The notes below the pieces were generated by a model, which made no database searches, had not been told where the DNA came from, and worked only from the letters and a program-made list of their open reading frames with translations. Below are positions 10,113 through 18,416 of a DNA stretch of 64,000 nt, one piece after another. The translations under genes and the position numbers were made by a program. Each line of letters begins with the position of its first letter. Position 1 is the stretch's first letter. Origin of the DNA: Longimicrobiales bacterium (GTDB lineage: Bacteria > Gemmatimonadota > Gemmatimonadetes > Longimicrobiales > Gaopeijiaceae); the NCBI GenBank assembly GCA_965249725.1, contig CBDFMQ010000002.1, positions 1,280,001 to 1,344,000 of the forward strand. Direction: 5' to 3'.

Positions 10113-11012
10113 TCAGGGGGGAGCGGTATCGCCGTCCCAAACCAAGTGGTGGATCCCGTTTCTTCCGAATCTCTTCACCGCGTACATCGCCTCGTCGGCG
10201 ATACGCAGCGCGTCACGACTCGTCTCTACCGCCACCTCGAAGGTCACGACCCCGATGCTGAACGTCACCGGCCACCCGCCCTTCTTCATGGCCAGAACCA
10301 GGTTTCGTTCGAGCTTCTCCAGGACGGCGCTGGACGGTCCGCCGGTGGTTTCCGGCAGGAGTGCTGCGAACTCGTCGCCACCGAGACGCCCCAGGATGTC
10401 GGTCTGGCGGGTGCTGGATCGCAGCGTGTCCGAGACCCGCGTCAGGACTTCGTCACCGGCGTCGTGGCCCTCGAGGTCGTTGACCGCCTTGAAATGATCC
10501 AGATCGATGTAGGCCAAGGTGAACGCTCGCCCGTAGCGGGACGATCGAGCTAACTCGGCGTCGAGCCGGGCTATGAAGGACCCCCGATTGAGCAGTTGGG
10601 TGAGCGCGTCGGTGGCGGCGAAGCTGGCTTCTTCCCTGAGTCGTCCCCTGAGTGCAGCCGCCAGCCAGGCCACCACGACCAACAGAAGGGCCAGGGACGC
10701 GACGTTCCAGACGATCAGTCCGGGGTCTTGCGTTCCACCCGTCAGTAGCGGCACTCCCACGAGCGTGAGAGCCGCGAGAACGGCGAGGGCATAGGCGATG
10801 CCCGAACGAGCCAACCACGCGGCCAGAGCGATCGGTCCGGCGTAAAGGGGCAGCAGCGACAGCGTCGGGCCCACCAAGAAGTCCAGGATTCCGAGCAAGA
10901 CCACGAGACCGACACCGATCCGACCTACCGTGCGTTCTGGCCAGCCCTCGATAGACTCCCGGACTCTACTCGTAAGGGCCCTGAAGGGACCTAGAGATTG
11001 TCCCTCAGCCAC
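10113..11012 (-). CDS. Membrane-anchored diguanylate cyclase (GGDEF)
   Basis: Four TM segments, then TDALTQLLNR, DLDHFKAVND..GH..GD, GRLGGDEF, ADEAMY. Confidence 0.92.
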   Translation of the reverse strand: MAEGQSLGPFRALTSRVRESIEGWPERTVGRIGVGLVVLLGILDFLVGPTLSLLPLYAGPIALAAWLARSGIAYALAVLAALTLVGVPLLTGGTQDPGLIVWNVASLALLLVVVAWLAAALRGRLREEASFAATDALTQLLNRGSFIARLDAELARSSRYGRAFTLAYIDLDHFKAVNDLEGHDAGDEVLTRVSDTLRSSTRQTDILGRLGGDEFAALLPETTGGPSSAVLEKLERNLVLAMKKGGWPVTFSIGVVTFEVAVETSRDALRIADEAMYAVKRFGRNGIHHLVWDGDTAPP

Positions 11013-11257
11013 TGGTTCTCACACCGGACGTCCTGCCAGGCTGCTTCTCGGTTGGACTCGAGTACGAAGATCCCGTCGTCGGGGTCGAGAAGCTCCCAGA
11101 GCTTGTCTCGGATATCAGCAGCGGAGTCATCCGTGACGACCGCCCAGGCATGCTCGAGGATCTGCGCATTGGCAGGATACGATTTGAGCTCGGTGAAGAA
11201 GTTGATGTAGGCCGCTCGGGGTTGTTTGAGCTCATATGAAATGATGTAGCACCGCAT
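10991..11257 (-). CDS. Stand-alone Cas2/VapD-like small protein (often labelled SinR family)
   Basis: 88 aa: YIISYEL...ILEHAWAVVT..SAADIRDKL..LLDPDDGIFV, a ferredoxin-like Cas2 pattern. Confidence 0.65.
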   Translation of the reverse strand: MRCYIISYELKQPRAAYINFFTELKSYPANAQILEHAWAVVTDDSAADIRDKLWELLDPDDGIFVLESNREAAWQDVRCENQWLRDNL

Positions 11258-11357
11258 GCGTGACCCTTACCACTCCGTCCGATGAGAGGCACCCAATCCG
11301 ACGGTGTACGCCGGACGGCACCGGAATCGCCAACCCGCCCACAGGCTCCACAAGATC

Positions 11358-11831
11358 CTACGGAGATCCGAGCTTCGCCAGCCCGGCCATTTCGCGGGCG
11401 AGAAGGTGGACCTCGGTGAGTTTCCAATGGGCTCGGATACAAACTACAGCAACCAGCATCAGAGCCAACGCCACGACCAACCCGCCGCCGCTCAACTGGC
11501 TGGGGGAACGCACCAACTGCAGGCCCCTGGTCACCACGACATAGCCACCGAACAGATAAGGGACGAAGCTGCCCACATCGATCAGGCCGGACCATGGACT
11601 TCTCGTCTCCATCACCCGCTTCACGGCTTGGGTACCGTAGGCGACCGTGGCCGCAGCCGACAATAGCGCTCCCAGGAACACGATCATGTAGTCGGCACTG
11701 CCAAACCCGAGCCGAACACTCTGGACCAAACCGTAGACGGCGAGCAGCGCCAGCGACGGGAGCGCGCGCCCGATCCTGGCGGCGGCCAGACGCTCGACGG
11801 CTCGAACGACTTCGGCACCCGCCTGGCTCAT
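11358..11831 (-). CDS. Hypothetical membrane protein (4 TM)
   Basis: GGAG RBS before ATG 11831; four hydrophobic segments. Confidence 0.6.
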   Translation of the reverse strand: MSQAGAEVVRAVERLAAARIGRALPSLALLAVYGLVQSVRLGFGSADYMIVFLGALLSAAATVAYGTQAVKRVMETRSPWSGLIDVGSFVPYLFGGYVVVTRGLQLVRSPSQLSGGGLVVALALMLVAVVCIRAHWKLTEVHLLAREMAGLAKLGSP

Positions 11832-12058
11832 ATCTGCTCCTGAATTCCCCATTCTGAATGATCGTCCCAAGCAGAATGGTGCGCCAGAGAACCGGTGGTG
11901 GGCGGCCTGGCGCATTCGCACCGCGGGAACGGATCGGCCGCCCACGGGGTCTTGCTGCTGGGAGATTCGACCGCGTTTCGGCGTGGCGCTATAGTTGGAT
12001 GGTTGGGTGGTAGAATCGTGGGCCCTTTAGGGGACTCACGTTGGTCGGGGGGAATTCG

Positions 12059-13153
12059 TTGTTCACACGCTGCATCTTTTGTCATTCGCCCTTCCCCGAG
12101 AACGGGGTCTTCGGGCGACTGCCTCCGGGACGCCGCCTGGCGTTCGACCCCGGACGAGGCCGACTCTGGGTCGTCTGCTCCGGTTGCCACCGCTGGAACC
12201 TCTGTCCCATCGAGCAGCGCTGGGAGGCACTTCACCAACTCGAGCGCATGGTGCGCGACAAATCCCAACTGGTCGCGGAAAGGGACAACATCGTACTGCT
12301 ATCGGCTGGAGAGCTCTTCCTGATCCGAGTGGGCAAGGCCGGGCTCGCCGAGCAGGCGTGGTGGAGATATGGTCGGGAGCTCAACGCACGACGAACCCGA
12401 TTCCAGGGCACCCGTTCTCAAATCACGGCCTATACGTTCGGCGCCATGGCTTACCTCTCGGACATGGTCGGGCTGGGTGACGAGGATCTGAAGATCGGCT
12501 GGGACGACACCCCCGCCGTGGACATCCTCCGGTGGCGCCGGTTCGGGTGGGCAGCCTGGCACGGGAGCGTCGATTGTCCGTACTGCAACAGCTCGCTGAA
12601 AGCCCTTCGATACGACCTCTCGTGGTGGGTCTACCCTTGCGTCGACCCGGCGACCGGGAATGCCACTGTAGAGGTTCCGTGCCCCCGGTGTGACCCGTGG
12701 AACCCCGAGAAGGTCTATCGCATCGACGGGCCCGACGCTCAGAACGTCCTGCGACGGGTGCTGGCCTACCAGCACATCGCCGGTGCAGCGGAGACCACCA
12801 TCAAGGACGCGGCCCATCTCATCGAGAGTGAAGGGTCACCCGAGGCCTTCGAGATGCGGGTAAGCCGGGAGCGGAAGTCGCTGTGGGGGATGGGTAGACC
12901 GCAGTCCATCGCCTTCGAAATCGCGCTCAACGACAGTGTGGAGCGACGCATGATGGAGCTCGAGCTGAAGTCGCTCGAGTTCATGTGGAAGCGGGAAGAG
13001 GAACTGGCCCGCATCATCGATGAAGAGCTGACACCGGAGGATGTTCGAGACCGACACCCCAGGCGGCTGCCCGTCACGGTGGCGGCTAAGAGGCACACCA
13101 GCGAAGACGTGGGCAGGCTACTCGATGGCGCAAGCGGTGGATCCGGAGACTGA
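12059..13153 (+). CDS. Hypothetical protein with four CxxC pairs (probably two Zn ribbons)
   Basis: CIFC, CSGC, CPYC, CPRC. TTG start at 12059 (or 12041). Confidence 0.7.
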   Translation: MFTRCIFCHSPFPENGVFGRLPPGRRLAFDPGRGRLWVVCSGCHRWNLCPIEQRWEALHQLERMVRDKSQLVAERDNIVLLSAGELFLIRVGKAGLAEQAWWRYGRELNARRTRFQGTRSQITAYTFGAMAYLSDMVGLGDEDLKIGWDDTPAVDILRWRRFGWAAWHGSVDCPYCNSSLKALRYDLSWWVYPCVDPATGNATVEVPCPRCDPWNPEKVYRIDGPDAQNVLRRVLAYQHIAGAAETTIKDAAHLIESEGSPEAFEMRVSRERKSLWGMGRPQSIAFEIALNDSVERRMMELELKSLEFMWKREEELARIIDEELTPEDVRDRHPRRLPVTVAAKRHTSEDVGRLLDGASGGSGD

Positions 13154-13182
13154 TGTCTCGAGCAACTGATCGCTACGGGGCG

Positions 13183-14454
13183 TCACCCCTCCGTAGGCGA
13201 TCCCTCCAACAGACCTTCCAGCGCCAACTCCTCGGCTCCGTTCTCCGTACAGATGGCGTAGTGGCTCTCCCGGGACCCGTACATGGCCACGCCCGCGTAC
13301 TCGCCCTTCTTGTTCAGGACGAAGAAGCGAACATCGAAGGCCGGTAGGCCCCGGCTGTTCAGGAGCCTCTCTTCGACGGTGTTGTCCCTGATGCGCCTCA
13401 GGGCCACCATGCCAGCGTCCTTTGGGCTCATGCCGTTCCGCATGCTCTCGACGATCAAGAACGACGCCAGATTGAACAGGTTGGCCTCTCCCCGCCCGGT
13501 GGATCCCGCTGCCCCGACGGCTCCGTCCACATAGAACCCCGCCCCGAGGATCGGCGAATCACCTGCCCGGCCGGGGATCTTCCAGGACAGACCCGACGTC
13601 GTGGTGACACCACAGATCTCTCCCTGCGGTGAAATCCCGTTCGAAGTCGTGGTGCCCCAGAAGCTGTCTGCAGAGATGAGCCCCTCTCGGACCATCTCGA
13701 GCCCGGCCTCGTAGAAGGCGCGTGAGCGGGCCCTCTCATCCTCGGGCGACCGGGCCGCCGACCGGAGGCCGGCTCCGCCCGAGGACTCGGACCCAAACGC
13801 GGCTTCCTCGCCTCGTCCCGCCCCTCCACCACGGGGGCCTCGCTGCTCGGGGTCGAGGAAGTGCGAGGGATCGATTCGACGCTTCCAGTTCAGCCATAGC
13901 GACCGCGACTTCTCGGTATTCAGATCGTCTTCGATCGTCATTCCCAGCTGGCGCGCGAATTCACGTGCCCCATGCCCGACGAGCAGGTGGTGGTCCGTGA
14001 GTTCCATCACCGCCTTGGCGACCAGCGATGGTGTCCGAACCCCCTCGATGGCAGCTACGCCACCCGCCCACTTCTTGGGCCCATGCATACAGCAGGAGTC
14101 CAACTGAACCACGCCGTCCGCGTTGGGAAGCCCCCCGTAGCCGATCCCGGACTCCTCGGGATCCAACTCGGGGATGTTGACCCCCGCGATGAGCGCATCG
14201 AGCACGTCCTCCCCGCGAGTGATCCCCTCGAAGGCCCGCTCGACGCTGCTCTGTGGGCCGCCGTTCTTGTACCGAATGCCGCTGAGGTCGGATACGACCA
14301 CCGGACGGATCAACTGAGGAGTGTGTACGACCGGCGCCTCGACAACGGGTCGCGCGGTGATCGTCTCTTGTGCAGCGGCCGGAACGGCGGCGCCCGCCGC
14401 AACTCCGAGAGTCGCGGTCTGGACGAATTGTCGACGGTTCATGCGCTCCGACAT
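13183..14454 (-). CDS. Tat-exported N(4)-(beta-N-acetylglucosaminyl)-L-asparaginase / isoaspartyl peptidase (Ntn hydrolase)
   Basis: NRRQF Tat motif, GYGGLPN.DGVVQLDS, TTTSGL.WKIPGRAGDSPILGAG, GSTGRGE. Confidence 0.88.
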   Translation of the reverse strand: MSERMNRRQFVQTATLGVAAGAAVPAAAQETITARPVVEAPVVHTPQLIRPVVVSDLSGIRYKNGGPQSSVERAFEGITRGEDVLDALIAGVNIPELDPEESGIGYGGLPNADGVVQLDSCCMHGPKKWAGGVAAIEGVRTPSLVAKAVMELTDHHLLVGHGAREFARQLGMTIEDDLNTEKSRSLWLNWKRRIDPSHFLDPEQRGPRGGGAGRGEEAAFGSESSGGAGLRSAARSPEDERARSRAFYEAGLEMVREGLISADSFWGTTTSNGISPQGEICGVTTTSGLSWKIPGRAGDSPILGAGFYVDGAVGAAGSTGRGEANLFNLASFLIVESMRNGMSPKDAGMVALRRIRDNTVEERLLNSRGLPAFDVRFFVLNKKGEYAGVAMYGSRESHYAICTENGAEELALEGLLEGSPTEG

Positions 14455-14503
14455 GTGTTGCTCTCTCTGCTGTGGTATCGAAAACCTCGGGTCGGCCCGT
14501 ACC

Positions 14504-15202
14504 TCACACATCCATCTCGGAGAGACTACTGGCCCGCTCCCAGATCGCGTCGAACATTGGCTCCGTGAGCCTTCCCGTAAACGTGTTTTGCTGGCTTGGA
14601 TGGTACGAGCCGAGCACGGTGATGTCACCGACGCCGACCTCGACCCCGTGAGTGAACTTCGGGCGCGGACGTGGTACGGCCCCTCCGCGGGCCGCCAGGA
14701 TCCGCAGGACCTGGGCGAACGCGAATCCCCCCAGGGTCACGATGACCCGGACATCGGCGAAGACGTCCAACTCCCGCTCCAAGAAGGGGCGGCACGCGTC
14801 CCGCTCCTCTGGTGTGGGGCGATTGTCCGGTGGTGCGCACCGAACCGCCGCGGTGAGGTAGGCCCCAGAGAGCGTCAGCCCGTCGTCGGCAGTGCGGCCC
14901 TCCGGGCGGCTCGCGAATCCCGCACGGTGGAGCGCCCGAAACAACCAGTCTCCGGAGCGGTCTCCGGTGAACATCCGACCCGTGCGGTTGGCTCCGTGGG
15001 CCGCGGGGGCCAGCCCCACGATGAGTACCGGGGCCGCGGGATCGCCGAAGGACGGCACCGGCCGGCCCCAGTACTCCTCTTCGGCGTAGGCGGCCCGTTT
15101 CGTCCTGGCCACTTCCTGCCGCCATTGAACCAAACGGGGGCACCTGACGCATCCGGTGACTTCAGCATTCAGCGCTGAAAGATGGGCCGCGCCCTCAGGC
15201 AT
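14504..15202 (-). CDS. udgB: Uracil-DNA glycosylase family 5 (UdgB, 4Fe-4S)
   Basis: CVRCPRL, GLAPAAHGANRTGRMFTGD, RCAPP.NRP, YHPSQQN. Confidence 0.9.
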   Translation of the reverse strand: MPEGAAHLSALNAEVTGCVRCPRLVQWRQEVARTKRAAYAEEEYWGRPVPSFGDPAAPVLIVGLAPAAHGANRTGRMFTGDRSGDWLFRALHRAGFASRPEGRTADDGLTLSGAYLTAAVRCAPPDNRPTPEERDACRPFLERELDVFADVRVIVTLGGFAFAQVLRILAARGGAVPRPRPKFTHGVEVGVGDITVLGSYHPSQQNTFTGRLTEPMFDAIWERASSLSEMDV

Positions 15203-15267
15203 GGTCGGGACCACCCCCTCGTGCGCGACCCATTGGAGTCCTTCCGCAGATGCCTGGTGGCCGTGTC

Positions 15268-15879
15268 CTAGTGGCCGTGTCCCTCTTCGGCGTCTCCCTT
15301 GAAGGAGAACATGATGTGCGCCGAAGGCTTGCCGGGGAACATGATCCACGGGCCGCCCTGGTTGGGCTCAGGGCTCAGTCCGGTGCTCTCCGCAGTCGCC
15401 AACGGGATGTAGGCCGCGTGCACGTGCTGCGCGTCTTCCATATGCAGATTGTGTGCATCGAAGTGGTCCGGCTGTCCCCAGAGGTTATAGACCATGGCCG
15501 CACCGTCCGGCATGGGAATCTTGCCCTCGTCGACCTCGGCCCAGCGCCGCATCTGACGCTCTTGGCCCTTCAAGCCCATGGCCGAAAGCTCACGACCACG
15601 CTGCATGAACGGCTCCAGGGACACATGGTAGCAGGCCGAAGCAAAGCCCTCGTCGCCGGGCTTGTCGGCCAGGCAGATCAACTCGTTGGTCCCCTCACGC
15701 ACGGTCCATAGGGCCCCGTCCTCGCCGTAGGCGCGAACCTCGGCCCCCGCCCTGAACCCCTCGGGCGCAGCTGCCACCGCTTGAGCGATAAGGACGTCGT
15801 TTGAGGCTCCCTGGGCCTGGACTCGGGCCGGGATCAAGACCAACACACCCAGGGTGAGAAGTGCAATCCCATTCTTCAT
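15268..15879 (-). CDS. Exported hypothetical protein
   Basis: GGAGAG RBS, signal peptide ending VQA, Cys pair (ICLAD...ACYH), C-terminal AHIM. Confidence 0.75.
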   Translation of the reverse strand: MKNGIALLTLGVLVLIPARVQAQGASNDVLIAQAVAAAPEGFRAGAEVRAYGEDGALWTVREGTNELICLADKPGDEGFASACYHVSLEPFMQRGRELSAMGLKGQERQMRRWAEVDEGKIPMPDGAAMVYNLWGQPDHFDAHNLHMEDAQHVHAAYIPLATAESTGLSPEPNQGGPWIMFPGKPSAHIMFSFKGDAEEGHGH

Positions 15880-15979
15880 GATACTCTCCGGTAGTCGAAC
15901 TCGGTTTGACTGCCAATCGAGTTCGTTCCGCCTACCGTTCGAACTCGTCTTGCCTGTCCGCAAACTAGCACAACCGACG

Positions 15980-16564
15980 TCAGGCTTCACTCCCCCACGG
16001 CCGGATGAAGTCCTCGGGATCGATCCCGAGACCATCTGCGATTCGCGTGATGTAGTTGAAGTACGCCACGACCTGCGTGGCGTCGTGAATCGCCACGTCG
16101 TCGAAGCCCAAGGATCTCAGTTGGTCGAGGTGTGCGGGCGTTACGCTGCCCTGCTGTCGGGTCAGCCGGATCGCATGGGCGCAGAGTGCTCGGTCGGCCT
16201 CCGAGAGCGCCGCGGTGGTCCAGTCCCGGGCCACGGCGTGCACGAAGGCATCGGCCTCCTCATCGGTCTCGAACATCGTCTGGACCTCTTCCCGGAGGTC
16301 GTGCGCGTGCGCTTGCGTTCAGTACCGACAGCCAAGTTCGGCCGAGACCACGGTTGCGAGCATCTCTCGTTGAACACGAGACAGCGGAGACGCCCCCATC
16401 ATGACTGCCCCGTAGAGCCGCATGCTGGCGTCCAGAGTGGGAGGGGTAGGACTCATGATCCGGATGATGTTCCACACACGTCCCGCCCGTTTCAGAGCCG
16501 CATCGTACTGCCTCTTGAGGATTCCGGTTGCCTCTGCAATCGGCGTGAGTCGGATCCAAGCCAT
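15980..16564 (-). CDS. AhpD/carboxymuconolactone decarboxylase-like peroxidase, probable selenoprotein (Sec at TGA 16321-16319)
   Basis: The ORFs 16319-16564 and 15980-16276 are in one frame. Read-through gives REMLATVVSAELGC-R-Y-U-TQAHAHDLREE...YFNYITRIADGLG, the CxxC...H motif with U as the second residue. Confidence 0.85.
16283..16321 (-). promoter_or_regulatory. Putative bacterial SECIS element
   Basis: UGA + 18 nt + hairpin GACCUC-CGGGAA-GAGGUC (perfect 6-bp stem, G-containing loop). Confidence 0.65.
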
Positions 16565-16574
16565 GTCGCTCGCT

Positions 16575-17174
16575 CTAGTCGGAGGGAAATCCGGCAGAGG
16601 CCATGACGCCCTCCGCTTGCTTCAGGTGACGCTTCCCGTGCTCCACTAGGAGGCGCAGCGCGTCCCCCAGTCGGAAGCGCAGCAATCCACTAGCCGGAGA
16701 CGATACCTTGGCCTTGGTGAGATCCAAGGCGCGGCAGCGTTCGATCACGGACACGATCGTGCGCTGCTGCTCGACGAACCGGTGTACGATTCCCGGCTCC
16801 GCGGGCTCACCAGGGCCTAGAGGGGCGGGCTTGAACAATCCCGGTGCCTTCATACGGAGGGTCGAGTCCGGTCCCAGCGATCGTATGAACCGATTCGCCA
16901 GAGGCCCGCTCTCGAACCCTGCATCCGGGTCCGAGGAAGCGACCGATCGCCCCGGGGTCCGATCGATACTCTCGAGGTAGAGCCCATGGGTGGTCAGAAG
17001 ATGGTCCAGGCACTCGGCCACGCTCCACGACTTGGGCGCCGGTCGCCATCCGAGCTGAGCCGGCGAAAGACCCGCGAAACGCTCGGTCGCCCGCTCCGCG
17101 AGCACCTCGCTCTCCTCGGAGAGGGCCGTGAGGTACTCCGACGCCGAATCCCACCTGCGCACTATCTGCCCCAT
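16575..17174 (-). CDS. DinB family protein
   Basis: WRPAPKSWSVAECLDHL ... EHGKRHLKQ His triad. Confidence 0.85.
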   Translation of the reverse strand: MGQIVRRWDSASEYLTALSEESEVLAERATERFAGLSPAQLGWRPAPKSWSVAECLDHLLTTHGLYLESIDRTPGRSVASSDPDAGFESGPLANRFIRSLGPDSTLRMKAPGLFKPAPLGPGEPAEPGIVHRFVEQQRTIVSVIERCRALDLTKAKVSSPASGLLRFRLGDALRLLVEHGKRHLKQAEGVMASAGFPSD

Positions 17175-17470
17175 CGCCACATCTCCGGTCCCTGGCCACT
17201 CAGCGCCGTCGCTTGGTGCCGGTAGTATCCGTACAGGAGCACCGACCCGGACAGCACGACGTTCACCAGTGACATCTGGTCGAAGGGTCCCTCGAGTGCA
17301 CCGCTCATGATGGCCTCCGGTATGTTCCAGATGGGCAAGAGGATGGAGAGCATGAGAAGCAGAAGGTTCGCGGCGAACGCGAGGTCGGCCACGACGAAGA
17401 TCGGTGTGGCGAGCAGGTAGACCCCGATGAAGCCTGCGTGCCCTTCCAGGGTGCATGCCCGGTCGATCAA
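17162..17470 (-). CDS. Small hypothetical membrane protein
   Basis: TTG start overlaps the HAD stop; hydrophobic segments YLLATPIFVV, NLLLLMLSILLPIW, LVNVVLSGSVLLYG. Confidence 0.5.
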   Translation of the reverse strand: MIDRACTLEGHAGFIGVYLLATPIFVVADLAFAANLLLLMLSILLPIWNIPEAIMSGALEGPFDQMSLVNVVLSGSVLLYGYYRHQATALSGQGPEMWRWGR

Positions 17471-18174
17471 GCGAGCCCCATGAGCCCGGTCAGCGTCTCG
17501 AGGTCCGGAACCTCGAGGTCCGGCTCCGCGCTGGCGGGCGCAGTCGCCCCCGCCCCCGTCTTTCCGGCCCGCCGATTCACCCACACACACGAGAGTCCGA
17601 GTTCACGAGCGGGACCGATGTCGTGATAGAGACTCTGCGCCACGTGTAGGATCCCCTCCGGGCCGTGACCCAACCGGTCGAACGCAACCGAGAAATTCTC
17701 GTGCGACGGCTTGTACGCACCCACCTGCTGCGCCGTGACCACTTCATCGAAGTCCACACCGAGCTTCCCGGCACTGTGCTCGAAGAGGTCGTCGTCGATA
17801 TTCGAGATAACGGCGAGTCGGTACCGACTCTTCAATGTCGCGAGAACTTCGACCGTGTCGGGGAATGGAATCCAATCCCTGATCGACTCGGCAAGGGAAT
17901 CACGCTCTGTCGCGGAAGGAGTGAAGCCGAGCGCGTCTCCGAAGCCCTCTACGACCTCGCCCAAGATCTCCCGGTAGGGACGATACCCCTCAGCCTCCAC
18001 CGACGACTCGATCCTGCCGAAGAGCGCCAAGACCTTCTCGTCGTCTCTCGTAACGCCATGATCGACCAGGATGGACTGGAGTGCCGCGAGGATTCCGGAC
18101 TCCCAATCGATTAGAGTGCCGTAGCAGTCGAAGGTGATGCAGTCGAACGCTTCGAAGTTCATGGTCGAGATCAC
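17467..18174 (-). CDS. Haloacid dehalogenase type II (HAD-IA)
   Basis: FDCYGTLIDWE, VISNID, YKPS, HVAQSLYHDI. Confidence 0.92.
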   Translation of the reverse strand: MISTMNFEAFDCITFDCYGTLIDWESGILAALQSILVDHGVTRDDEKVLALFGRIESSVEAEGYRPYREILGEVVEGFGDALGFTPSATERDSLAESIRDWIPFPDTVEVLATLKSRYRLAVISNIDDDLFEHSAGKLGVDFDEVVTAQQVGAYKPSHENFSVAFDRLGHGPEGILHVAQSLYHDIGPARELGLSCVWVNRRAGKTGAGATAPASAEPDLEVPDLETLTGLMGLA

Positions 18175-18416
18175 CGTTTCCGGAATCGCTCAACGATGAT
18201 CCCGATCATCGGACCGATGAGGCCACCCACGGTCGCGCCAATCACAGTCATGACTGCCATGGGATTGAGGTGCTGGACCGCAAGTCCGCCGCTGGCCACC
18301 GATCGGTATAGGCTCATGGCGGCGAAGAGTCCGCCGACCGCCGCCGCGCCTATGAGTGTCCAACGAAGCGTGGGGCTGGATCGGGGACCCGTTCCCAGCT
18401 CCGGAGGTGGGCTCAT
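18171..18416 (-). CDS. Small hypothetical membrane protein (81 aa, 2 TM)
   Basis: ATGA overlap with the SulP stop and GTGA overlap with the HAD start; two hydrophobic segments. Confidence 0.65.
   Translation of the reverse strand: MSPPPELGTGPRSSPTLRWTLIGAAAVGGLFAAMSLYRSVASGGLAVQHLNPMAVMTVIGATVGGLIGPMIGIIVERFRKR

Noticed and set aside
10991..11257. CRISPR-Cas locus
   Set aside because: No repeat-spacer array or other cas gene appears in the window.
15896..15947. Gram-positive-type LexA box (CGAAC-N4-GTTCG)
   Set aside because: Half-site spacing is 20 nt, not 4.
15980..16564. Two separate genes or a nonsense pseudogene
   Set aside because: The single TGA falls on the catalytic Cys position with a SECIS-like hairpin after it, and the rest of the frame is intact.
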